From the NCBI RefSeq assembly GCF_006345805.1, contig NC_043001.1, positions 105,710,001-105,774,000 on the forward strand: a stretch of DNA of 64,000 bases, read 5' to 3'. Positions within the stretch are counted from its first letter, which is position 1. Every line of letters begins with the position of its first letter. The notes below the pieces were generated by a model, which was not told the DNA's origin, made no database searches, and was given only the letters and a program-made list of their open reading frames with translations. The position numbers were made by a program, and so were the translations under genes. Source of the stretch: Octopus sinensis. Its lineage: Eukaryota. Below are positions 51,851 to 64,000 of the stretch, in pieces.

Positions 51851-51914
<64 letters not shown>

Positions 51915-52423
51915 GTATGTGTGCATGTATGTATGTATCTATATAGATAGATAGAGAGATAGAGAGATAGAGATAGAGAGAGAGAGGTGTATATATATAT
52001 TTAACCTATTTTGGTTATGATATTTTTGTTAATCTTAAATATTATCTTTATACAACAACAATATTCTTTTGCCCCTTTAACTAGTAATTAACATCATGAT
52101 TTAGGATCTCCCCCTACTCAACCTCCTTTATAGACACTTACTCTATACCCAATTTACTACTCCTAATATCTTGACAATATTTAAGACCACACCTAGCCTT
52201 GAACTTTTAACTCACTCTTGACCTTCCTTCCTAACTGACACAGTTGATAAAAAGACAAATAAATTAGAAATAAACCACAACCGTTTACAATCTATGACCC
52301 CAGTAAGCTTCATACTTTTCTTCGAAATGTTGTATATTCTTAGCTACAATAGCGACAACATGGATTTCTTCCATCTTCTTTCTTTGTTATATTAATGTGT
52401 CTAACTGATTAAATTTATTCTAG

Positions 52424-52601
52424 TTATTTGTGCAGCTGATGATAGCCCTGCATTGAAATTGATGAAATGATTGCATTGTTCAATTAAATGGAGCCGATTG
52501 AAACGGTCGTACTTCATCACTTCTTGCTTTGTGTTGCTTATTTTGATTTTATTCACCGTACTTCGAGGTGTGGGGACAATACCAAACTGACTTGCTTCAA
52601 C
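52424..52601 (+). CDS. Candidate exon with ATG at 52488 (MEPIETVVLHHFLLCVAYFDFIHRTSRCGDNTKLTCFN, phase 0)
   Basis: Branch-point-like CTAAC at 52401, AG at 52422-52423 (alternative AG at 52434-52435), donor aac|gtaagt at 52601/52602, and an open frame from the ATG to the donor. Confidence 0.3.
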
Positions 52602-52684
52602 GTAAGTACCTGATTCAACTGAATCTCAATTATCTCTTACACACAAACACACACATACGCACATACATACATATATATATATGT

Positions 52685-52885
52685 CAGTACGCCATGATAG
52701 ATCGTTAGCTCCTACACGCAATTTTTTTCTCTCCTTGTTTTTTTCTGTGTATCTTTCTGTCGAAGAGCGTAGGTTTGAAACGTAAAAGACATTTTCTATT
52801 TCTATTCCTGAGCGCTATAATAATACATTTGTTTGTACTTTACCTGCCTTCGTCTTTTGTTTATTTTCGTAAACCTTCCCGTTAT
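52685..52885 (+). mobile_element. Solo Penelope-like 3' tail containing a hammerhead motif
   Basis: Colinear with 43040-43255 (gccatg.t.gat.cgttagct.ct.cacgca...ctgccttcgtcttttgtttattttc.taaa.cttcccgttatata). Confidence 0.75.
52752..52789 (+). ncRNA. Minimal type I hammerhead motif with variant core (CUGUCGA)
   Basis: UCUUU-CUGUCGA-A-GAGC(guag)GUUU-GAAAC-GUA|AAAGA. Stem II is retained through G-U wobbles. Confidence 0.55.
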
Positions 52886-53101
52886 ATATATATATATAAT
52901 ATATATATAATATATATATATATAATATACATATATATTATATATATACATTATATATATACATATATATATATATATAAAATAAATATAAGAGAGTGGT
53001 CACTATATGGCTCACTCTAGCACCAGTTAATCCAAAAGGTTTCAACCACGAAAATACATGTTTCCATGAAAGTCAGTACGATTGTTATATATATATATGT
53101 A

Positions 53102-53141
<40 letters not shown>

Positions 53142-53178
53142 TTATATAATATATATATATACATATATATATATACAT

Positions 53179-53231
<53 letters not shown>

Positions 53232-54136
53232 TAATATATAATATATATTACACATATACATAGACACATATATAAGTCATCTAAATGGACGTGAATTCCT
53301 GACTAAAAATAGCTCATATTATATAAATTGAAATATATTTTCTGTCTCATTTAAGATCTTTTAATGTATTATTAGCAATTAGAGTGAGCTCAATTTGCAA
53401 GAAGACATATACTCAATATTTAAATATTCACCTATTTCCGCAGGCTTTAAGATTTACGCTTTAAATGTTTATCTCTATGTACATACATATACGTATGTAT
53501 ATTTATGTGTGTGTCTGTGATACTGTTTCAGTGTAGAAAACGCGATAGAGATATTAAATCGAGGGTACAAACCACATTCTAGAATTTACAATTACAGCTA
53601 AGATGATGCAAACTCACTAAAGAATTCCAGGATCAAAAAAGCACAATTCATTCATAAATCATCGCTCAAATACAACCGAAAGTCACAAGAGACAGATTGG
53701 CAATTTTAAAATTACTATTCAACACATGTTGCAGCCCCCAAATCCCCTAAGTCTTTGATGCAAGATTAGCAACTCACATATTTTCTACCGATGAAGTGTT
53801 ACTAAGCCCAACATAAAGAGATAAACTAGAAACTGATTTAATTTTGGTTACATTAATTCTGTTTTCACTCCAGTATTTCAATTTGCATTGAATTAACTGT
53901 TTAACAAAATAAAACTACACTACGTGTGCACACATGTACACTTACACACTCTCACGAACATACTTACAATTATATATATATATAATATATATATATACCA
54001 CATTCGTACACCCCCATATATATATATATATATTATATATATATGCATATATATATATACATATAAAATATACATATATATGTATGTATATGTATGTATA
54101 TATATTATATATATATATATGTAATATATATACATA

Positions 54137-54210
<74 letters not shown>

Positions 54211-54718
54211 CATATATATGTATGTATGTATGTATGCAAATGGAAGATCGAATATACGAAAGTTTATTACTAGTCACGACAATTGTTTAGACGCACGCAG
54301 CATCGATCCCTCATGGGTGGGAAACTCAACAACTGGTTCAGAAGCATCCGGTGGTGCCGATGTATCCCGTCGGGTGATGAATAAATGCAACTGGCTAAGA
54401 TGACTGCAATGCAATTTCCCGTTTTGTAGAAAGAAAAGCAGCCAGACAGAGGAAATAGTGTCATTTATATAGAAGATCAAAAAGAAAAATAAAGATGGCA
54501 AAAAGAGAAACGAATACACAGAAAAAGTATTAAATACAACCGTTAACATACATACATATATCTATATGTAAGTATGTAAGTATGTATGTATGTATGTACG
54601 TATGTATGTATGTATGTATGCATGTATGTATGTATGTATGTATGTATGTATGTATGTATGTATGTATCTATCTATCTATCTATCTCTCTATCTCTCTATC
54701 TATATATATGTATGTTAG

Positions 54719-54771
<53 letters not shown>

Positions 54772-55100
54772 GCATTAAATGTACGATAAAATTTTTCGAA
54801 AAAATTTTTGGAAATTTCTGTCGGCTTCCTTCGAGACGCGTGCTTGTAGTGATAAATTACATGGTTATTGACATTACGGCATACGTTCATGTAACTTCTA
54901 GGAATTCATCATTCTACTCACTAGGAGGGAATATAATGACAAAACTAATTCTTGGTACTCTGTCAACATGCCAAAGATCAGCATCGCTGCATATTGTGGC
55001 AGATTTGTAATAAAATCTTGTCTTTCAATACACTTGAGTGACACAGTACTACGACAAATACGTGAATCGGTTCTCACAAGTGAATTATTGCCACTGATAA

Positions 55101-56118
55101 GTCGACCTCGGCGGAATTTGAACTCAGAACATAGCGGCAGACGAAATACCTATTTCTTTACTAACCACAAGGGGTAAAACATAGAGGGGACAAACAAGGA
55201 CAGACAAAGGAATTAAGTCGATTACATCGACCCTAGTGCGTAACTGGTGCTTAATTTATCGACCCCGAACGGATGAAAGGCAAAGACGACCTCAGTGGAA
55301 TTTGAAATCAGAACATAAAGATAGACGAAATACCTATTTCTTTACTACCCACAAGGGGCTCAACACAGAGAGGACAAACAAGGACAGACAAACGGATTAA
55401 GTCGATTATATCGACCCCAGTGCGTAACTGGTACTTATTTTATCGACCCCGAAAGGATGAAAGGCAAAGTCGACCTCGGCGGAATTTGAACTCACAACGT
55501 AACGGCAGGCGAAATACCTATTTCTTTATTACCCACAAGGGGCTAAATATAGAGGGGACAAACAAGGACAAACGTAGGTATTAAGTCGATTACATCGACC
55601 CCAGTGCGTAACTGGTACTTAATTTATCGACCCCGAAAGGATGAAAGGCAAGGTCGACCTCGGCGGAATTTGAACTCACAACGTAACGACAGACGAAATA
55701 CCTATTTCTTTATTACCCACAAGGGGCTAAACACAGAGAGGACAAACAAGGACAGACGTAGGTATTAAGTCGATTACATCGACCCCAGTGCGTAACTGGT
55801 ACTTAATATATCGACCCCGAAAGGATGAAAGGCAAGGTCGACCTCGGCGGAATTTGAACTCACAACGTAACGACAGACGAAATACCTATTTCTTTATTAC
55901 CCACAAGGGGCTAAACACAGAGAGGACAAACAAGGACAGACGTAGGTATTAAGTCGATTACATCGACCCCAGTGCGTAACTGGTACTTAATATATCGACC
56001 CCGAAAGGATGAAAGGCAAGGTCGACCTCGGCGGAATTTGAACTCACAACGTAACGACAGACGAAATACCGCTAAGCATTTCGACCGGCGTGCTAACGAT
56101 TCTGCCAGCTCGCGCCTT
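55101..56118 (-). mobile_element. Family A SINE tandem multimer: one tRNA head plus five 184-bp units
   Basis: g(t/a)cgacctc starts at 55101, 55285, 55469, 55653, 55837 and 56021, an exact 184-bp period. The A-box head occurs only at the right end. Confidence 0.95.
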
Positions 56119-56455
56119 GTGTGTGTGCGTGTGTGTTGTGTGTTGGGTGTTGAGTATTTATATGCATATGTGTGAGTAAACTGTGTGTCTGCTAATGTTG
56201 TAGGCAGAATTCAGCAGCATGGTAACAGGATGGTGGTCTTTTGTGAAGTTGTGTGTCCCTTCACATGTGCATAGAGGAATGGTCCGTAGAAAGGCCTTTA
56301 CACTTGTAGTTTGAAGTATGTGTATGTGTGTGTATGTATGTGTGTGCCTGTATGTGTATGTTGTGTGTATGTGCTTGTGTGTGGTGTATGTGCATGTGTG
56401 TGCTTTTGTGTGTGTATATAAAGATGTGTGTGTATGTGTGTGAGCTGTGTTCTGT

Positions 56456-56760
56456 AGGCGTGGTTGCGTGTTAAGTAGCTTGCTTACCTACCAAACAATA
56501 TATATATATATATATATACGGATTTCTTTCAGTTTCTGTCTTACAAATCTCTCTCTATATATATGTATGCATATGTGTGTGCTCCCCACCATCGCTTGAC
56601 AACCGATACTGGTGTGTTTATGTCCCCGTAACTTAGCGGTTCGGCCGAAATAACAAGTACTAGGCTTACAAAGAATAAGTTCTGGGATCGATTTGTTCGA
56701 CTAAAGGCGGTGCTCTAGCCTGGCCGCAGTCAAATGACCGAAACATATAACAGAATAAAA
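56456..56760 (+). mobile_element. SINE family B with internal deletions
   Basis: aggcgtggttgcgtgttaagtagcttgcttacc...catcgcttgacaaccgatactgg...ggcggtgctctagcctggccgcagtcaaatgaccgaaaca. Confidence 0.85.
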
Positions 56761-57508
56761 CAATATATATATACGTACATATGTATACACATGAATGTAT
56801 ACACGTATGTGTGTGTTCTTCATTTGTGTAGTGTCGCTTTGTCATTTCTGTTTCCTAAGGTCTAAATATTTATTTTTGTTTAATTAATTAATTTTTTTTA
56901 AGCATATTCTGTCTCCTCATCAAGACAATACGCCACATTTTATTCAATGTTATTCTGTTCGATTGCGTCTATATTCCATCATTTTCGAAATGTAACGACG
57001 CTTGACCAATCAGCTTAAAATATTGTTTGATTATTTGCCAGGAGTTTCGAACTGCAGCAATGTTAAGATGCATTTAATATATTTTGTCAGGGATATTAGA
57101 TTGAGAATAATTCCTGCTTTTGAATCTCTAAAGTATCAAATAGGCTTCTATAATTGTACAAGAAATCTGACACAATGTGTGGAGCAATATGACAAACATT
57201 ACAGTTTGGATAGAATTTACTAGAAACTAAAATCATTAAGTCGTAAAAATTTGGCAGTATAAGCATGCAGGACCATAAATGGTATGTGAGAATGATGGAA
57301 TATAAAACAAAAACTATTTGGTATCGTGCGTAGGTTCGACGGCAGAGTGGACTATGTAGGAGCAATACTCAGAGTTAAAGTGAATATTCTGGTGGTGAAG
57401 CAGTATATTCCAATCCAATGCATACATACACATGTACAGAGGTTGCATGGCCGTTGACCACTCATGAGCTCTTCCGCCTTTTGACAGGTTTTATTTCTCC
57501 TCCTGCAG

Positions 57509-57619
57509 TGTGTCCAGCAATCACTCTCCTCACCAAGCAAGCTTCATGGGTTCGTTTGCCAGTTTAGTCGCCGACCATGCAACAAATTGCACTGGGTTAC
57601 ATGTTTCCAGCAGCGTTGA
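57509..57619 (+). CDS. Candidate terminal exon (phase 0), CVQQSLSSPSKLHGFVCQFSRRPCNKLHWVTCFQQR*
   Basis: Acceptor ttttatttctcctcctgcag| with TTGAC 23 nt upstream. The minus strand weakly resembles an RTE remnant, which is an alternative explanation. Confidence 0.15.
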   Translation, partial: CVQQSLSSPSKLHGFVCQFSRRPCNKLHWVTCFQQR

Positions 57620-57753
57620 AGAGCGACCTCAAATATATCTATATCTATAACTATATATATATATATATATGTATATATATAAATATTGATAAAAATGGTA
57701 AGACAACAAAAGAACGAAAGAGACCACGATATTATGTAAATAGAAGAATTTAC

Positions 57754-57951
57754 CTGCAAATGTAATATGTGACAATTATTCGGTAGCCATAATAAAACTC
57801 CGAGTTTCGGATGCCGAGGTGGAAATCCACGTCGCCATCTCTTCAGTTATCCGGCCACTGGAAAAGATTGTGGCGTGGATTTCCACATTGGCATCAGAAA
57901 CTCGGCGTTTTATCATAGCTACCGATTAATTGTCACATATTACATTTACAG
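57754..57951. repeat. ~198-nt imperfect hairpin formed by two inverted copies of a hammerhead-bearing repeat
   Basis: ctgcaaatgtaatatgtgacaatt...cagt (57754-57847) pairs with actgg...aattgtcacatattacatttacag (57857-57951) around a 9-nt loop. Confidence 0.9.
57791..57851 (-). ncRNA. Type I hammerhead motif with long stem II
   Basis: Minus strand: GAUAA-CUGAAGA-gauggcgacguggauuuccaccucggcaucc-GAAA-CU(cgg)AG-UU|UUAUU. The core is canonical; stem I is 5 bp and stem III is 3 bp. The base of stem II is offset by one nucleotide. Confidence 0.6.
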
Positions 57952-57970
57952 ATTATATATATATATATAG

Positions 57971-58025
<55 letters not shown>

Positions 58026-59012
58026 CATATTCTGTTGTGTTCTGGGGAGAGTCATTCACTTTTAGTGCCTTATTATAAGGCACCAAATCCCAAAACGATA
58101 TATATATATACATATATACACGCACACATATGTATATATGTATGTACACGAAATTGAAAGAGCTCATGTTTCTACCTTTGTAAACACCCACGATATCCTT
58201 TAATGCATTTGCCTAAATTAATGAAAAACATCTATTAACCGTAAAAATGATAAAGCTATATGGTATAGCTATCAATCAAGAACTCCATTCTATTTTATTT
58301 AAAAAAGAAAAACGTTACCATATAACCTTAAAACCGGGACATGTTGAGTAAATATATTTTCAATAGAAACAACAGTGGTTGTATTGCATTGTTTCATAAT
58401 TGATACAAAACAAACACACGCACCCCCACACACACAGACACACATATGCACGCACAAACACACTCGCAAACACACAAAAGAACTAGAAAAAGCTATACGT
58501 CCTAGAAAGCAGGAAGACAGATATAAATATTAAGAAATATGGAATTTTGAAAGCATATGAAACAAAAATATAATTTATGCTATAAATCGAAATGGAAATT
58601 TAGAAGAGCAAAAACTCTGAGGCTGAATTTTAAGAGATTACAGGAAGAATACACAGGTTTCTTTATATAAATTTATTTGAAATCAAAGGACATAAATATA
58701 TTCAGATAAAACATACAACTTAAATTAATATGATGCATAAATTACCATTAGAGATAAAAGATTTTGCATAAAGTTTATGTTTAGTATACAGACATTCAAA
58801 ACATACAAATATGAATAGATACATCCCCCACACACACACACACACACACATGTATGTAGATGAAGTATTGAGTCTTTATTTAAACTTATAAAAGTAAACT
58901 TATGCCAATTTGAAATAAATCCAAATACTCATTCTCAGTCGGTTGTAAACATTAACTAATAGAAATACGAAAAAAAAAATAACGTATATATTAAGAATGA
59001 AACCACTGTTTC

Positions 59013-59171
59013 ACTCTTTTACTTCTTTTCGTCATTTAAATGCGGCCGTGCTGGAGCACCGCCTGGAGCCGACCAAGCCTTCTGAGTGGATCGGGTAGAC
59101 GGAAACTGAAAAAACGCAGTCCCTATCGATATATCTATATATATATATATTATATATATATATATATATAT

Positions 59172-59211
<40 letters not shown>

Positions 59212-59465
59212 TGGGTGTGTGTGTGTTTGAGTGTGTGTATATGTGTGTGTGTGTATGTTTGTGTGCCTGTGTTTGTCCGCCCAACATCGCCTGACAACCG
59301 ATGCTAGTGTGTCTACTTCTCTGTCATCTAGCGGTTCGGCAAGAGAGACAGATAGAATAAATACTACGCTTACAAACAATAAGTCCTGGGGTCGATTTGC
59401 TGGACTAAAGACGGTGCTCCAGCATAGCCGCAGTCAAATGATTGAAATAACTTAAAGAATAAAAG
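59013..59465. mobile_element. Composite SINE family B: inverted 3' tip fused to a 5'-truncated + strand copy
   Basis: 59013-59063 is the reverse complement of the family B 3' tip. It joins directly to gccgaccaagcctt.tgagtgga...; the + strand tail ends near 59465. Confidence 0.75.
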
Positions 59466-59606
59466 CAAAGAACCCATATAGATAGATCTATGCAACTGTA
59501 CATATGTATGGAGCGATAATTACAATAACTCAAGTCATTATAATTAAGAACTCATCAAGACCAGACACACACAAACGCACACGTAACACACTCATACACA
59601 TAACAT

Positions 59607-59662
<56 letters not shown>

Positions 59663-60263
59663 TATATATATAAATAATCCTTTATGTTACTTACGATCAT
59701 CATAAATCTACCGAACCCCGTATCGATACGTGTTTCCCTCTGGCCACATCAAGTAAGCATTGCACTTCAAATACGTTCAGATATTAGGCAGTAAGTCAAT
59801 CATACCATTTTTGCTCCATTAAGAAATTTTCAATTAGCTTACATATTTACCCACGCAAAGTATCGAAACAAACCATTAAACCATAATTCTATCTTTGGTA
59901 TAGTTTTTTTTTTTTTTCCTCTCTGAGAATCATTCCCTCCAACTCAATATATATTTATAACTACTACATCCAGATTAAATCTCCTCATTGATTTAGTTTC
60001 TCTTTCTAGACACTATTCTACTTCAATCTGTTAAAATTTCGTCACATCAAACTCAATAGTTTCATATTTGTTACATCTATGTATGCATTAGTTTTTCTGT
60101 TCGACAGCTTAAAGAGCTAACTCGCTGAAACTTCCAAAGCAATATCTACTTTTATTTTTCTTACACATATATATGTGTATTTTATATTATACATATACGT
60201 ATACACAAACTCACACACATATAGTATAATACAATACATACACAACACACACATATGTATAAA

Positions 60264-60299
<36 letters not shown>

Positions 60300-60318
60300 A
60301 TCATCTATATATAGATAT

Positions 60319-60362
<44 letters not shown>

Positions 60363-61713
60363 CATACATACATATATATATATTACATAGACATACTTGC
60401 GTGCACATGTATCTATATATTTATATATATATGTGAGTGTGCATGTGCATTTGTATAAATATATACACACACACACAAACACACACATTTATATAGTTAC
60501 ATAGATATATGTATATACATTATATACATATCTATACATACATAGGTATGTGTGTGTGTATGTGTGTGCGTCTGTGTGCGTGTGAGTGTGTGGATAAAAC
60601 TGAATAACTATTATCTACATTTGACTGATAAAGCAGAGGGAAATATTGATCGATGATAGAAAAAGAAGAGATTATGGTGCTGATATTGTCGATAAGATTA
60701 CATTTCATAGTTCCCAGGAGAAAAATTGCATTTCGTTCTGTGCCAATTTGCAGATATTTTGCTTTTTAGTCTTTGCAGTATAGAATAAGGTGGTAGAATT
60801 TGTCAGAAGGATAACAAACATATTTGACTAAGGCTATAGGTACATAGAAACAGTATATATAATTTTAGCGATAAATCAATAAATATTGATTTATGTCTAA
60901 ATACAAAATAATACTAGCATTACCAACTATACAAATACTACAGAATTTACATCAAAATGCTTTTCTGCACTTGGAAGTTATTCTAAACCTATGAAAGAAT
61001 AAAGTAAATATAAAATGGAGATATGCTGTGCGTTGATGATAAAGAAATCTTTAACGACTTTGTTTAATTTTATCATAAATATTCATTTGTATAGCTGTGA
61101 TAACTTTGAATAAATTTCTAATACAACTAATTGGATAATTCACCATTCAGGGAATTGTTTGGTATTCGAGTTGTATCCAAATGTGGAGGGTTAAACATTT
61201 AAACTACCGACGCATGAAATGCTGCTCGTTCGATACCGAAAGAATCATCGTATTAGCTCCCACTTAAATAAAAAAAAAAGGAACTCCGACGGTTAAAACG
61301 GCGAGTGGGGTGGAGTTGATCAACAAAACAACTGGCTCGTGAAATTAACGTGCAAGTGGCGGGGCTCGCTACAGACATGGAATATCAGCTTCACGAAAAA
61401 AAGGTGACAAAGTTGGCCCTTTGTATTACAGGATGAGTAGATAGGAGCAATGTGAAATAAAGTGGCTTGCTCAAGAACGCAGTGAGACAACAGGTATCGA
61501 ATTCATTATTGTAAGACCGTAAGCCAAATATCCAAAATACTAAGCACGCATCTTCACTCTTAATTCTGCACGGATATAATAAATTTATGCCAGGAAGAAA
61601 TCTGCATGAGACAGGATAACTTATGTACAAAACAACATCCACTGTCTGGCATACTTACATTTGGTGGCACATAGCCCCTTGTGGGTAGTAAAGAAATATA
61701 TATTTGGTGGCAG

Positions 61714-61946
61714 AAGGCGGAGAGCTGGCAGAAACCTTATCACGCCGGGCGAAATGCGTAGCCGTATTTTGTCTGCCGTTACGTTCTGGGTTCAAATTCC
61801 GCCGAGGTCGACTTTACCTTTCATCCTTTCGGAGTTGATTAAATAAGTACCAGTTACGCACTGGCTCGATGTAATCGACTTAATCCGTGTGTCTGTCCTT
61901 GTTTGTCCCCTCTGTGTTTAGCTCCATTGTGGATAATAAAGAAACC
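61714..61946 (+). mobile_element. Family A SINE with a 15-bp target-site duplication
   Basis: aaggcggagagctggcagaaacc...gggttcaaattccgccgaggtcgac. tatatttggtggcag occurs at 61699-61713 and 61947-61961. Confidence 0.92.
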
Positions 61947-62163
61947 TATATTTGGTGGCAGTAAACTGTAAAGGAGGGAAATGTGTGGAAAATCTTCAAG
62001 AATTTTTAAGGAAAGGACCACAGAAAAAGAAAAAGAACCGCCTCAAAGTTAATAGTCGGCAAATACTATAAAGCAACGTATGGAAACCCCATAACATACA
62101 TGGCCCAAGGATGAAGCTTGAATTTTGTTTCCCTGGGCGTTGGGAATATATATATATATATTA

Positions 62164-62196
<33 letters not shown>

Positions 62197-62218
62197 ATAT
62201 ATATATATCTATATATAT

Positions 62219-62306
<88 letters not shown>

Positions 62307-62319
62307 ATAATAATAATAT

Positions 62320-62459
62320 CTAGGGAATAATCCAAAATTACAGGGAAAAATCAGATTTAGGATTAAATCGATTTTATAGTAAAATATTATATTAAAATTT
62401 TATGTATTGATTAAGTCTTCCCTTGTTTGTTTTGCAAAATAGTGGTTTTGTCTCTAATA

Positions 62460-62460
<1 letters not shown>
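62320..62460. mobile_element. Small AT-rich element in (TA)n, same family as 8931-9212
   Basis: tagggaataatccaaaattacagggaaaaatcagatttagg...tatgtattgattaagtcttcccttgtttgttttgcaaaatagtggttttgtctctaat. Confidence 0.6.
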
Positions 62461-62496
<36 letters not shown>

Positions 62497-62560
62497 CATT
62501 TTTACCTTTCTTCTTCTAACTTCCTCCGTCTTCCCTTCTTTGGATCTTTCCTTTTCTTAT

Positions 62561-62595
62561 GTTTCTGACGAAGAGCTCCGCTCGAAACGTTAAAC
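62561..62595 (+). ncRNA. Minimal type I hammerhead motif with canonical core
   Basis: GUUU-CUGACGA-A-GAGC(ucc)GCUC-GAAAC-GUU|AAAC. Stem I is 4 bp, stem II is 4 bp, with a palindromic AACGUU stem III, in a pyrimidine-rich PLE-tail-like context. Confidence 0.7.
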
Positions 62596-62617
62596 CCTCC
62601 TTCTTTCCTTCTTTCCT

Positions 62618-62656
<39 letters not shown>

Positions 62657-63691
62657 AAAGAGGTAGATACATATATTTAGACATATATACATACATATAT
62701 CCATATATATACATACATATATTGTTCTTTTTTGTGAGTTTACGTATCTTCGTCATTAGAATGCCACCACGTTTAACTATTGCCTTGAGGCGTAAACAGT
62801 TGGACGTAATATTTATGTCGTCCGATGCTTATGTCAGCGGCAATCTTTTGCCGAGCCGCTAATTTACGAGGGCCATAAGCAATACAACATCGATTGGGTT
62901 ATGCTGATGCATAAATGATAAGTCGCACGCATAAACAGTCTTACATAAACAAGGGATCTCTGCATACTTCCCATTACAATGTCATTCACAAAACATTGGT
63001 TATCACAAATCTACAGGGAAAGATATTTTATGGGGGTATCATGCAGAATAATTGAATACAGATTCACGTGTTGCAAACAAACCTTCTCAACACATACCCA
63101 GACCTGTTTATTTATACTTTATGTTTTGTAGCGAGTCGTCAAATATTAATGATTAAAAATGGTATAGACTGAATCTTAAACAGGGGGCGATTTTATTGAC
63201 TAAATATTATAATATGCTACCATGGCGTATTTGCATCTTTAAGAATAAACAAAAAATATTTGTCTGTATACGCATACATACACACTCAGTGCAGTTATGT
63301 CAGGGCAGCATTATCGTGTGTTTATCCTATCATTTGGAACCTAATATGAAATTTATTCTAATATTTCTTTTCACCGAAATATAATTTTCGAATCGCAAGT
63401 TAGAGGACATAAAGAGTGGCAGCTTAAATACACGCACACACTGCTATAATATTGGAAATTCTGACAATATATGAGAATATATCTGATGGTTATTTTACGT
63501 TGTAAATTGATGATGTGTGACCTAGCATGACTTTTGTAAATTTATGCTTCAACTTTCATTTTAGCAGCATAGCCAGTATATGAAATATTATTTATAGTGT
63601 TATGTTTTTCTAATACTATTATATATAATAATGTACACAGACATATATACATACACACACACACTATATTATAGATATATATATATATATA

Positions 63692-63729
<38 letters not shown>

Positions 63730-63756
63730 ATATATATATATATATGTATATATATA

Positions 63757-63807
<51 letters not shown>

Positions 63808-64000
63808 TATATATATATATATAGATATATATGTATATGCACATACATACACACATACACATTCATTTCTTTTTCATACATATTATTTTTGTGAAGTTTT
63901 TACTCTCAGTATGTAAACGAAAGTGTCAAAAAATATCTTTTCTCTCTTTTGGTGCCAGTAAAATTGAGTTTCGTCTTAGTTCCAAGAACTTTCATGGCAT

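Noticed and set aside
54240-54470. GC-richer patch open in several frames on both strands
   Set aside because: No recognisable motif and no consistent splice-site pair, so no frame or strand can be chosen.
55101-56118. Regular 184-bp period as a CRISPR or tRNA gene array
   Set aside because: The whole unit is repeated with no spacers, and it matches the dispersed SINE body.

Overview
Eukaryotic, very AT-rich, microsatellite-saturated DNA. I judge it most likely octopus, from recall of its SINE and repeat families; this was not checked against a database. No complete, recognisable host protein-coding gene, no true tRNA/rRNA gene, no CRISPR array and no prokaryotic operon are supportable. Nearly all ORFs in the supplied track are translations of (TA)n/(CA)n/(TAA)n repeats or SINEs. 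The window is a mobile-element landscape. It holds at least four tRNA-headed SINE families (including a six-head, 184-bp-period tandem multimer at 55.1-56.1 kb), two mariner remnants, four R4/Dong-like non-LTR fragments, an RTE remnant, a young CR1/L2-group LINE 3' end, and several Penelope-like element (PLE) fragments (two GIY-YIG domains, one RT). It also holds several long foldback structures. The most interesting signal is a set of minimal type I hammerhead-ribozyme motifs in three distinct repeat families. These include a shared A6U core variant, and a long-stem-II family whose inverted pair forms a ~200-nt hairpin at 57.75-57.95 kb. A SINE family also shares its 3' stem-loop with the LINE fragment. 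A few splice-site-bounded + strand exon candidates suggest the window may lie within long introns of an unidentified gene, but this is low confidence.
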